Of a stretch of DNA of 64,000 nt, positions 24,904 through 37,201 are shown piece by piece. The translations under genes were made by a program, and so were the position numbers. Where the stretch lies: NCBI GenBank assembly GCA_010356995.1, contig ML996698.1, positions 1 through 64,000 of the forward strand. Reading direction: 5' to 3'. Numbering within the stretch: the stretch's first letter is position 1; every line of letters starts with the position of its first letter. This stretch comes from Trichodelitschia bisporula (taxonomy: Eukaryota). The notes below the pieces were generated by a model, which worked only from the letters and a program-made list of their open reading frames with translations, ran no database searches and was not told the DNA's origin.

Positions 24904-25740
24904 TCCACGGCGGAGCAAGGCGCCGGTGCCAGTCCACATGCCCGCGGAAGATGCGGGGCTCGCCCTTCGTGGTATCGATACACCAATTCAGAGCCCAAGG
25001 CTCCACGGAGATGCAAGGCTCGCCCTTCGATGTACAACGTAGAGTACCGACACACCACTGCACAACCCAATGGCCCAAGGCTAGCCAGGAAAGTGATAAG
25101 ACCTTCCCCGATAGTCTCTACCTCTTACTCGGCAAAGGCCTTAGCCATAAATTTTTTGAGGGGGTTATCTCCTTTTCGGGCGGCATTGGCCTCCACGGCC
25201 TCTTCACCATGCCTGCCGATCCATATCACATCAGATAACGGAAGCAAGGCTCACCACATCCATTGATCCATATCCCCTCAGATAATGGAAGCAAGGCTTA
25301 GAGCTAACACTTGCAATGGCCACACGGAACGGAACAAGGCGAAGAGTTCGACAAAAGACAAAGAAGAGAAGAGAAGAGAAGAGAGTCTCGAAGCTCTCAA
25401 GAAAAAACCCACGACGACGCTAAGTATCCTCCTATGCTCCTTCCTCACTTCATGCGCACTTTACATCATGTTCCTTCCTCAGACTAGTGCTGCATGGTTC
25501 CTTCCTCAGATACATCACTACTACGTATGTTCCTTCCTGACCCAACAATGCTCCTGCTTCATGCCCACAACCAGATATCAAATGCTCCTTCCCTGCATAC
25601 CAATGCGCCTGCCCCACATCCATAATCAGATATCAACCCCTCACAAGGCTGCGGCTCCCGCGGCTCCCTCCCCTTCCTCAGCCGCATCCCGAGGCCGGAA
25701 ACAGCGGTACCTTGCGGCAGCCCGTGCCTGGCAAGGCTGC
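24904..25740 (+). repeat. Degenerate repeat mosaic rich in CAAGGC(T)
   Basis: Nine CAAGGC on the + strand; a 21-bp pair (24949, 25009), a 34-bp pair (25218, 25265), and about six ATGYTCCTTCCT-like units (25434-25592). Confidence 0.7.
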
Positions 25741-26340
25741 GTATCTTCACGCCCAGTACGGTACATACACCATGCACAAACGTCTCTGCATACCGGTCCC
25801 GTACTGTAGTCGACCAGGCCGTATCTCACGTGATCGTCATGTGCAGATCCAACAACGAGTGAGGTGAGCAGCGGACTAGTACGCCTTGCTCAGAGTAACC
25901 ACCACACACTCCACCCCCACGTTGCCCTCACATTGCGTTTCCGCCTTATCCAATACGCGGTACCCGCACATGTGCCCGTCATTAGAATGGAATAATGCGT
26001 GTCAATCCACCCCCAATCACCGTCCCAATCAGAAAAGCCGCGCATGAGGTACTTCGTAGAACGACATACACCCCACCGCGCCTACCGCGTTGCCCTCCCG
26101 CGCTTCACCAGGCACCACACAGTACCATCACCACATCCCACAGCATCGTATACAGCAGGCAACCTTCATCCTACCCAACCCAAATACCGCTCCAATCATC
26201 CATAAGAAGTACGAAGTACAAAAGACACCAGACGAAGCAGAAGAAAAGAATCTCAGTATTACCCGCAAACGTCTACACTGTATCAGGTCACGCTCCCCAC
26301 GTACCAACCCTTTTGCTTTGCCCAAACTATCAACACCACG

Positions 26341-27817
26341 CTACGCCTTTTCCCCCGGCCGATCCACAAGCGACGCCATACTGCTCCGCTTCCGCCCACG
26401 TGACGGCTCGCCAATCGGGCTACGCGCAGGCGACGTGTCGCCGCTATCCGGACTCTGCGGACGACTCTCCTCATTAAGCGTACGACGGCTGCGCGACATC
26501 TATCTCCATTAGCACGTCCCAATGCCCACACCCAGAAACATACCCAGTTCCGCACACCCCCAATCAACCCAAACGCATACCCCTCCGCAAAATCAGCCGA
26601 TCCGGTCTGCGCCCCGTTCGAGCTCTTCGGGATATCGAGATGCGTCAGATGGGCCAGCGCCGTCGGCGACGTCAGCGGGCTCTGCGGCGCCTTCCCGGCA
26701 TCCAGCGAATCGCGGCTGTCGCGACCTTCGCGCGCCTGGCGCGCCGGGCTGGCGGGCCGACTACCCTGCCAGAACTGGCGCAGCTCACGGCCGAGCTCCT
26801 GGCCGGTGGTCGTCCAGTTGGTTCGGATGCTGTCACGCAGCTCGGCGACGGTGCGCTTGACCTCGAGCTCGTTCTTCTTTAGCCACGACACGTTGAGCTC
26901 CTGGCGCGAGGTACCGCGCTTGAGCTGCCGCGCGATGTACTGGTCGTAGTCGCGCACAATCCTGCTCCGATCAGTACCATTTGAGAAGTGCTGCATGAGA
27001 GAGACCCACTTCGTGATGATGCCCGTCGTGCTCACGCCCTCCGTGCGCTGCGTGACCAAGAACTTGCCCGCCTTCTTCAGCGGAGCGTAAATGTCATCGC
27101 CCTCCTCGGCGCCGTACGGGATGTCGTCGTGCGCCACATAGTCAATCTGATGCTTCTCCAAGAACTCAGTCGCATCGGCAATGATCCACGGGCAGTCCTC
27201 AACCACCTCATCGACCCACTTGCAGTGCCTTACGCTCTCCGCGCGCTCCTTGCCCGACAGCACCGTCAAGCCCTTGCGCCTGTGCGTCTCCTTGTCGCCC
27301 GTAACACCCACAATGAGGTATACGTCCGGGAAGGCAAGCTTTGCCTGCTGCAGCTGACGCATGTGGCTGCGCTTGTTAGCCAAGCGGAACCCACGTGGCG
27401 CTGCCCATACCCAAGATGAAACAAGTCGAAAACTCCATCGGCGTAGATCCTGACGGGCCGCCCCGTCGGCGGAGGGTTGGTTTGATAGCCCACAGGGTCG
27501 ACGAGCCCCGCCTTGGGCGGTTCGAGCATGCGCATGGTGCCCGCTTCGCCGCCCTCGCCGTGTTCCAGTCTATCTTCCACGTCATCGGCCCAGTCGGACC
27601 GGCCATTGGCTTCCGTATCGTCGGCGGCGTCGCCGATGTCGCTGGACCGACTGCGTTTGGATGCAGGTTGGGAGGTGTTGTCGTCGGCTGGTGGGACGGG
27701 GATGTTGGCATCCTGCAGGGCGCGAGATGCATCAGTAAGGGAAGGGAGGGGAATCGAGGGCAGCTGCGGACCGACCTTCTGTGACAGGGTGGCAGCCCGC
27801 TTGCGCTTGGGAGCCAT
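26341..27817 (-). CDS. PCT1: Choline-phosphate cytidylyltransferase
   Basis: N-terminal NLS MAPKRKR; RPVRIYADGVFDLFHLG|HMRQLQQAK (HxGH), HCKWVDEV, YVAHDD.PY, QRTEGVSTT, RQELNVSWLK; three introns. Confidence 0.96.
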
Positions 27818-28872
27818 TGGTGAGGATGTGCTTTGTAGGTAGGATCTAAGCAATGCGGCTCTCTTGGATGAGATGGGATGAAAGCAACGTAGGTAGTAGG
27901 TTAAGGGGGGAGGATTAGGAAGCGTTGGGGTTGGGTCGCGGGTAGGGGGGGTTGTGAGGATCAGGGAAATTTTGGCCAAGAGGAGGAGCATCCGCAGTGG
28001 CCACACATGCCACAGTCAACCTCAGCAAGTGGTCTGGCACCAATGTCACCAAATGACGTCGCGCGAAGAACAACATGAATCCATTCAGTGGACTGTACAC
28101 TGCCTTGTACTGTAGTACGACAGTGCAGCTTGCTTGCAGCACGCATCCTCTTACTAGACATGAGCAATACCAAAAATCGAACAGCTTCACTTTTCATGCA
28201 TCTGCCTCTTCTGCCTCAATTGACTGTCGTGACACGTCGACAGATCCACATCCTACCACAGTAGATTGCTCCGGAAGGAAAATTCAGAATAGATGCAGCA
28301 ACCGAGACGGAACAGATGCAGCTGCTGCGCGGGCCATCTGACTCTTACAACGTACTCGAGACGCCAATGCCCCTCATCTATTATGCTTTCGCGAATCTCC
28401 CTTCATTATCGCAATCTTCCTACCACTGAAGTGCGACAAAGCATCGTGCAGATGCTTCCCGCATCCCGCATCGACAACTCACTATGCCTCATCCAGACCC
28501 CTCCCCGTGCATTCTGCTACTCAAACCTCACTCAGAACACCATCCGCAGGACGCCCGACGCACGATGCAAAAAGGGCACTAGCTCTAGAACGAGTAGCAA
28601 TTACCGAACCCCTCCCCGCCCATGACACTCCCCTTTGTACTGCAGACGAAAAAAGAATCGGGAACACGATCTCGGAGAACATGGCCGCAGAGTGCTCAGG
28701 TATCAAGATGGCCAGCGAAGCTGCCGCTCCCCCGCTGGCCGTCCAAATCATAAACCGTACCCATACATGACATCTTGCAATCGTGATCCGGGCCTGCACT
28801 CCGCCACAACCTACCCAGCGCGCCGCCCACGGAACATGCAACTCAACTCACTTGGCCCACCCAACACACTCA

Positions 28873-30514
28873 CTACGCCTTCTTCTCCGACTTCTCCTCC
28901 GACTTCTCCGTCTGTACCGACGACGGCGATGCGCTGGCAGCGGGCGGCTCGGCGGGGGCGGGCGTGTCCTCGCGCTGCTTCTGGGCGTCGTCGGTGGGGT
29001 CATGGGCGCCCTTGTGAACTTGCAGGTCGAGGTCTTTGTCTTCGTCGTGATCGAACATGTCCGCATCCGTGTCGCCACTGGTCAATTCAGTACCGTCGCC
29101 GAGAAATATGATACGGTTTGCAAGGTTCCCAAAGATACGAGATCTGGGATCCTGCATGTCCATATCAAAGTCCTCTGGGCTCTCATCGTACCTGTGGTGG
29201 ATGCCGGGTCCGCGAAACTCAGCTGCCGAAGGTCAGTGGATGTTCACTGATACCGGGGAACAGTACTTGCCGTACTCGGGCGGAGCACACGGGCCATCGC
29301 CGTTCGCCACGCGCTCGGCGACCTGGTTGTACCACTCCTCCTTGGACCGACCCCTGAGCAGGCCAACAATAACCACCGTCATGTTGTCGCAGCCGACGCC
29401 GCCGGTATCGCTGTTCGACGCAAGGCAGTTGTCCATCAGATTCTCGCAAATCTTGGGGAGCTCCTGCTTTGCCGCAATGCCGCGCCGCACGAACTCTACG
29501 ACGGCTTGCGACGACTGGCAATCCCAGATGCCTGAGGGGGGCGAGTCAGGCGCTGGACAGAACATGCAAGGGGACTAACCATCGCAAGCGACAACCAGGA
29601 ACTCATCATCGTCCGAGATCGTGTGAACTGTAACGTCCGGGAACGCCGTGACGATCTGGAGTTCAGGGGGCAAGTCGGCGCTCTTCTTGAACTCAAAGTC
29701 GCCGATAGCGCGGGATAGCGCGAGGTTGCCGTTGACGCGGCCAAAGTCAACAAAACCGCCGGCTGCCACTATACGGGCCTTCTCCGCTACAGCAGGGTCA
29801 GCACCGCAGGCACTTGGCCACCCGACTTACCATCGTTCTGCGGCTTATGGTCGAATGAGAGGGGCTTCGCGCGTCCTTTGATGCCGAGCACACTGCGAGA
29901 GTCGCCCGCGTTGCCCTGTCTGTCAGCGCGTCCTACTCAGAGACCGGAGAACATACAACGTAGATCTTGTCGTTCGTGATGATGCCTATGGATGCTGTGC
30001 AGCCCGATACCTCTTCCTCATATCTCGGGTCTGGGGCGTCAGCAGGGCACTGACAGACGGGACAGCCATACCGCTGAGAATGGCGCTGTCCGTGGCCAAG
30101 AAGCCATCCTTTATCGCCTTCTCGATATCGCCCTTCTTGAAGGCTTCCTGCTTCGCGATGATCTCGTGGAGGTTTTCACCCGTGTACAGCGCCACCTTGT
30201 CTCCGCCATGTCCGTCGTAGACGCCGAAGAAACTGAGACGCGCGTTCGCTTCTGTTATACTCGAACTGGCCTTCTTGCTAAAGGGCTTCAGATCGAGGAC
30301 ACAGGCGTGAGCATCCTCCATGCTGATCCGCCAACCCTGCATGGAAGAAACGCCATAGATGACGCGCTCATCAGAACCCTCTTCCGATTTCTGCCAGTGT
30401 CAGCGTCCGGTAGCTTGTAGGAAGCAGATAGTATGTGCGAAGTGAAAATTTTCCGCTCTCGCCCAAGCACAAGCGTACCTTTTCGACCACGGGCTCAGAG
30501 AGTGTCTGACCCAT
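28873..30514 (-). CDS. PTC2: Protein phosphatase 2C, Ptc2/Ptc3 type
   Basis: [12 protein letters not shown] (myristoylation-type N-terminus), [66 protein letters not shown]; six introns. Confidence 0.96.
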
Positions 30515-31532
30515 TGTGGCTGATGTGCTGCGAAGGAAAGTCGCCGCGGGTTACTAAATGCAAGTTTCGGTCACACGATTCGACTCTAGGAAGTACGTGA
30601 GGTCAGGCTCTGGGGCAAGCGGATTGGGGTGTGTGTGTGAGGGGGATTTGTAGAGATTGTAGCAATGCGAGGGGGCGAAGGGTTGAGAGGGGAGCGGGTG
30701 ACTAGAACGTGATCTCGACTAGCAGGCAAGCGGTGGTGGTGTGTGGGAGGCTCGACTCAGGCGAAGAGATCAGCGTCTGCGGAGGGATGGAGTTTTGAGA
30801 GTTTCGGTGTGGGGTGCCGGTGAGTTGAAGCGGAGATTAACAAGACTTTCCGGCAGCAAGGTCTGGTTTCTGGGACTTGCGATGACGCTTTTTGCCTGTT
30901 TAGAAGAGAGGGGGGGTGTGTGATGTGAGGGGGGAGGGGAGGGGAGGGGAGGGGGAGGAGGAGGGGGAATTGGCAAAAAGGCCCAGGGCAGCCTTTGACC
31001 AGTTCTCTTTCGCAGCTCGCTTTTGCTTGTCAACTCAGCCACCAATGACAACACCGCCACCGCCACTGCTTCCCCGCTCCGATAATGGATTAGACACGCT
31101 GATTGCCCCCATTGGCGCCTTGCGTCATCACAGACGCTGCTGACGCTCGCTTGCTACAGATGTTGCGATCACTAACCAGCCATGTGCAGCTAGTTGCCGC
31201 CGGAGACGCGCCCCGCCTGAGTTTATCCCAACAGTGTTTTCACGCTTAGCGCCCCACCCCTCTAAGTCCAGGCTGCCATGGATACAGCCGCAGAAGAACC
31301 CCAGCCCTAGGCGGTATCGCCCGTTGCCTGGAGGGGAATGGATGCACGCGAGCAACTCTGGTTACCTTCGGATCTATTCATCTCGCCATCTCAAATTCCC
31401 TCGTGTAACCGTTCGGATAGACCCTGAATCCGATTCCAGACGGGTTGGTTGGCATGCAACATCAGCCGCAAATATATCTGCCATCTGTTATGCGATTTCA
31501 TTCAATGTCTAATCTATCTATTCCGTGGTGTA

Positions 31533-32980
31533 CTACAGTTTCGACTTCTCCGGCAGCAGCGGATAGCCCTTCGGATAGCTCTCTGTACAACAGATTAGCA
31601 ACTCGTTCCGCACGAGCTCACGAACACGAACCTAGTACCGTACGGTCCAGCTGTCGGAGATCTGTGATCCCTCCAACGTTCATGAGAATGTCCAAGTCGG
31701 CCAGCAGCGCCTGCATCACATGGCGAACCTAGGCTCATAAACAACAATGTCGTCAATACGACGCCCTCGGCACTCACCCCGTGATATCCCATGATGGATA
31801 ATCCCCAGATCCACAGCCGGCCTACAAACACGAACTTGGCTCCGAGCGCGAGCGCCTTGACAACGTCGGAAGCTCCACGGACGCCGGAGTCAAACATGAT
31901 ATACGTCTTCTTGCCGACCGCTGGACTCATTAGGACGCGATGCAACGGGCCGAACGGCGCAGACTCACCATCGACTATCTTCTCCAGAGCATCCAAGCTT
32001 GCAACTGCACCGTCAACCTGTCGGCCAGCGTGGTTACTGACCACGATGCCGTCGAATCCCAATTGAACTGCCTTTTCGGCGTCGCTGACGGCCTGTATCC
32101 CCTTTAAGCAGATGGGCTTCCCGCCTGATATCTCCTTCCACGTCTGGATGAGCCACGGCATTTTTTCCCACGTGTGAGCTCGGCCATGCCACACGTTGTC
32201 TATCCACATGGCGCCCGCTTCGTTCGGCTGTGTCTTTGGATCGACTCCTGCTTCTCGGAGCCGCTTCTGGAACACCGTGTCGCTCAGTCCTAGATCGGCG
32301 CCGATGCCGTGGTAGAATGCGTAGTTCGACGTCGAAACATCGTCATGTCGCCATCCAAGCTGCCACGTATCGACCGTCAAGATACACGCCGTGAACCCGG
32401 TTCGGTGTGCCCGAGTTAGCAACGATACGGTCAATTCATCATCGTGCGGCATGTACAGCTGAAAGAACCGCGGCCCGGCACCATTAGCCTCCGCGACGTC
32501 CTCAATGGGCTGCGAGCCCGCCGTGCTCAGGCAGTACGGTAGATTCAGGTCCTTGGCTGCACGCGCAACGGGCAACTCGCCGTCCGGATGGTATATCTTG
32601 TTGATGCCGACGGGCGCGAAGCCAATGGGCGCAGACACTTTGTGTCCGAAGATTTCCGTGCCGGTGTCCCGCTTGTTGGTGTCTACGAGCATGCGCGGGA
32701 TGATGCGATGCCGGTAGAATGCCTGACGGTTCGCGGTATGAGTGTATGAGAGTCCCGCGTTGGAGGAGGCATAGTACCACCCGTTTTGAGTCAGCCTTTC
32801 CTTGGCTAGGGCCTCGAGCTTTCCGGGGTCTGGCTGTTAGCGAAGTTCGAGTTGTGTTGGCGGCGTACCGGTGTTGAAAGGAACTACTTCGCCATTGTTG
32901 CTCCTCCAGAAGTTCTCCCTCTGGTACAGGGCATACTGCGGCGTTTTTCTGTACTTTTCGTTTTCGTTTTTGGGGTCCAT
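31533..32980 (-). CDS. FMN-dependent alpha-hydroxy acid oxidase/dehydrogenase (lactate 2-monooxygenase-like) with C-terminal PTS1
   Basis: APIGFAPVG, FFQLY, LTVDT, LKGI, VVSNHAGRQVDG, FDSGVRG.SDVVKALALGA..VFVGR. The spliced C-terminus is ESYPKGYPLLPEKSKL*. Introns include 32830-32868 (39 nt) and 31583-31631. Confidence 0.93.
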
Positions 32981-33161
32981 TGTTTCTTTGCGGTTTATTG
33001 CAGATGCGTGGGCTGGATGTCTGTTATGGTGTTGCGTTTCACCTATGACCTCATGCTGACGGTGACGACGATCCCAACTAAAAACAGCCACTTCTGATTC
33101 ATTATGCAGTCAACAACGGTAAAATTCTGCGTTTCGTACAAGTCTCTACCTATGCTAACAG

Positions 33162-34328
33162 TTAGTCCAGAAATCCCTCAGGCACCTCGGGCCCCCAAAC
33201 CGCCAGACTCTCATGTCCCGCCTTCGTGAACCCAATCGGCGTATCCTCATTCACCAGGTCGCCGTCCGCGTAATGCTCAACCATAAATCCGCTCGTGTCC
33301 CACCAGTAATCAAAGATCTGACTGCCCAGAAGATGCCGTCCGATGCCCCAAACGCTCTTATACCCCTTCCTCGCAAGCCACTGGTGTCCCAGCTGCTGCG
33401 TGTCCAGGTCGTGCACCTCGTACGACGAGTGGTGCACGTGGGACGTGGGGTTTGATGCCACGAAGAAAGTGTGATGGTCGACATTGTCCTGTCCGCGGTC
33501 AATGTGTGCAAACATGGCCACCATTTTTCGGTCCCCGTCGGTTGGAACGTATATGAAGTCGGACGGAATGAGATTGAAGGTCTTTGTGTACCAGCGGACT
33601 TGCTCGTCGAACTGTTGGACGCAGAGGCCGAAGTGTCCGAGCTGATCGGGTTAGTATGGTGCGATGCTTGAGACCAAGGCACGAATACCTTGTGTACGCC
33701 GGCCGGGCCTGGCTGGAACCGTAGGAACTTGCGGGTCCGTGGTTTGTCGGCTTCAGAGTTGGCCTCCAGTTTGGGCGGCAGAGTTCCCGCCTCGGCTTCT
33801 TCCTGCCCGAAGAGGAGATTGACCGGGAAGCCCTCCGGGTCCCGCACCGTCACCAACCGTCCCCCGCCAGGCGCATCGTCCAGATCCTTAATCGCACTGG
33901 CACCCGGCAACCGCGAGGCACGTTTGAGATCAGCCAGCGACTCGACCAGAAACGTACCGCCTAGGAACTCAAGCGGCCCCCTTTGCGCATAGTACACGTA
34001 CGGATCTGTCCCGTAGCCGCGGAGCCAGACTTTGTCGTCTGTTTGCTTGACGACCCGCATGCCGAAGTCCTGCAGGAAAGTGATTATGTCTGGTAAGTTG
34101 GGGTGCTGGTAGCACATGTGGGATAGCTTGACGAGGCGGATTTGTGCTGCTGGGTCGATGGCGTTGGTTCTGCGCCATTCGGCGATGGTGATGGAGTCCG
34201 GGCCCGCGGCTTCGGTGTCGGGGATGGAGGCGCCGCGGTTGGGGGGCGGGCGGGTGGTTTGCTGTTCTGTTTTAGCGGATATGTAAAGGAGTACAGGAGA
34301 GGCATACCTCTTTGATGGAATCGCCCAT
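33162..34328 (-). CDS. Two-domain VOC/glyoxalase-fold extradiol-type dioxygenase (trihydroxytoluene oxygenase-like)
   Basis: LSHMCYQHP, FLQDFG, DAPGGG..VTVRDPEG, HK|LGHFGL, HIDRG...VDHHTFF, HVHHSSYEV, WGIGRHLLGSQIFDYW, EHYADGD; two introns. Confidence 0.9.
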
Positions 34329-34892
34329 GGTGGATTGCCAGGGTGGGTTTCGGCCCTCGTAGTCTTCTGATATTGAAGTGCTGAGTAAACTGGAACCAAT
34401 CTGCTGGCTCTAGATCAGTGGAGAGTTGAGAAATTAGGTTCCCTGCTGGAATGCTCGAGCTTTATGACAGGAATTGTCGATCATGAAGAGGCGATATGCT
34501 TAAATACTGACGGGGCTGACTACCCGGCAAAACGATTACTCTAGTAGATGCGGGGTTCGCCACTGGCTGGTACTACATTTCCAATTGCTGACTCGACAGT
34601 ACCTTCCCAGTACTCATCCTGTTTACTTCCCTCAATCTGAGATCCATTCAGTATGTTCGACAGTCCAGTGACACCTCCGCCTTGCATTTGAAGCCTTGCC
34701 TGTGCTCCGCCGACCACGTGACGCGACGACAACACACCGCGATGTTCTACGAACCGCATCCGACGACGCCATTCGCGCTACCACAAGCACGCTTCGCACT
34801 TCACTCACCGCGTAGCATGGCGACTCGGCCCTAGCGGCACACTCACAACGGCGCCCCTACCTTACACCGGCGGGTCTATCGATCTCCACCTC

Positions 34893-36571
34893 ATGCCGCC
34901 CGATGGCTCCTCGGAGCCACTCATCCACTCCGCGCGGGAGGGCTCTCCGGACGACGAGCCCCTCCCCACCCCAGACGTTCCCGATGAATTCGTCCCCAGC
35001 CTCTTCATCTGGACCCTCACCCTCTCCGCCTGCCTCAGCGGGCTGCTCTTCGGCTACGAGTAAGCTGCCTGCCCTCACATCCATCCCCCCGGCTAATCCT
35101 CTAGCACCGGCGTAATCTCCTCAACCCTCGTCTCCATCTCCACCGCCCTAAGCGGCAGGCCCCTCACCACCCTCGACAAATCCCTAATAACATCCTCCAC
35201 CTCCCTCACCGCCCTCCTCTCCTCCACCCTGTCCGGCCACTTCGCCGACACCCTAGGCCGGCGCCCCGTGATCCTCCTCGCGGACGGCGCATTCGTGGCC
35301 GGGGCGCTGATACAAGCCTTCGCGGGCGAAGTGTGGGTTATGATCCTCGGCCGCAGCGTAGTCGGGGCCGCGGTCGGGGCCGCGAGTTTTGTAGTCCCGC
35401 TTTATATAGGCGAGATGGCGCCGGCGAGGTGGCGCGGGCGGTTGGTTACCGTGTCTAGTCTCTTCGTCACGGGGGGGCAGATGCTGGCGTATATCGTGGG
35501 GTGGGGCTTGTCGGCGCGGGTCGGCGGGTGGCGGTGGATGGTCGGGTTGGGTGCGCTGCCCGCGCTTGTACAGGCGGTTTGTTTGGTGGGGATGCCGGAG
35601 AGTCCAAGGTGGTTGGTTAAGGCGGGGAGAGGGGAGGGGGCGAAGGGGGTGTTGAGAAGGGTGTATGGTGTGTCGCGGGGGGGGCGGGATGGGCTGGAGC
35701 GGGATGGGATTGTGGAGAGGGTGTTGAGGGGGGTGGAGCGTGAGGTAGAAGAGGAGGATCGGGCGACGAAGGGCGTCGGAACAGGACACTGGGAGCGGGC
35801 GCGCGCGACGTTCATCGAGCTCTGGCTTGTAGGGGGTAATTTCCGCGCGCTGGTGATTGCGTGCATGCTGCAAGGCGCGCAGCAACTCTGCGGCTTCGTA
35901 CGTAACGGAAGACACATATCGGCACTCGCTAACGGAAGCAGAACTCCCTCATGTACTTCTCGGCCACCATCTTCGCGATGGTCGGGTTCAGAAGCCCGAC
36001 GCTCACGGCGCTGTGTATCGCGACTACGAACTTCGTTTTCACGCTCGCGGCGTTTCAGGCCATTGACCGCATTGGCCGGCGGAGGATATTGCTCCTTTCC
36101 ATGCCCGTCATGGTGCTCGGGCTCGCCCTCTGCGCCATTGCCTTTTCCTTCGTGCACATCCCCAACACCGCTGATTCCCACCCCGCGCCTTCCCCGCCGT
36201 GGCCTGTCCTCATCGTCTTATCCATGGTAGTCTACGTCGCCGCCTACGCACTGGGACTTGGGTGTGTCCCCTGGCAACAATCCGAGCTCTTTGCCCTACG
36301 GGTACGCTCGCTAGGCTCCGCGCTCGCGACGGCGACGAATTGGGGAAGCAATTTCGTGGTGGGCTTGACGTTTTTGCCGCTTATGGAGCTCATATCGCCG
36401 ACGGGCACGTTTGCGGTGTATGCGCTTGTTTGTGCGGTCAGTTGGGGGGCGGTTTGGCAGATTTATCCTGAGACTGCGGGGTTGGGGCTTGAGGAGGTGG
36501 GGGGGTTGCTTGCCGAGGGATGGGGTGTGAAAGAGAGTTTGAGGAGGTTTCGGGGGAGGGTGGGGGGGTGA
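34893..36571 (+). CDS. ITR: MFS sugar porter, myo-inositol transporter type
   Basis: SGLLFGYD|TGVISSTL, DTLGRRPV, PLYIGEMAP..WRGRL, PESPRWL, QQLCGF|NSLMYFS, IDRIGRRRIL, VPWQQSELF...RSLG, YPET. Confidence 0.93.
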
Positions 36572-37201
36572 AGGTGTTTGGATGGGCATTGGGATGGCGT
36601 TGGGTAGCATAGGCACTCATATTGAGGTTGTACTACTTGTCACCTGTATATAGAACTAGAGTTTGTATATGGTAGTCTTCTCCAGCGGCGAGATTGAGTC
36701 AGCTCGTATGGTGGTACGTCTGTGTTCTTCATTACTGATACAGCATACCCAGTACGGTGAAGCTCAGCAGACTGCTAGCTAACCGACTGAAGACGATATT
36801 ATAGCCAAGCTGTGTTGAACGTCGGCCTGCTCTGCCGCTTCCCGTCGTCGCCAGGCCCTCAGGCAGCAAGCCGCGTGGCCCGTGCCCGCCCAAAAAGTTG
36901 TAGGGCTGATCTGGCTTCAGGTGAGCCAAGGAACGTGCCACAACTTTTCTCCGCAGTTAGCCAGCTGATACAACACCCAACTTGCGGAGCGGAGACCTAC
37001 GTACTGACCGACGGCTTCTTGCATCAACACACCAACGTCCAGAACATGACCCCAACGCGTCTAGCTCACTCCTTTCTATGACAATCGGGATACTGGATTT
37101 CAGCAGTTCCTAACTCCAGCGCTCGCCCCTGAATAGCGCGAATACGGTAGCTCTCCTCACCGCGTTACTCCGCGTTACCCAGACCTCACTTCGCCGCAAT
37201 C

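Noticed and set aside
25285..25809. 174-aa plus-strand ORF
   Set aside because: Lacks the GC3 bias of real genes here and overlaps the degenerate repeat mosaic.
36811..37031. TGTGTTGA...TCAACACA inverted ends about 220 bp apart, resembling a copia solo LTR
   Set aside because: No target-site duplication and no second copy in the window; an 8-bp inverted match can be chance.
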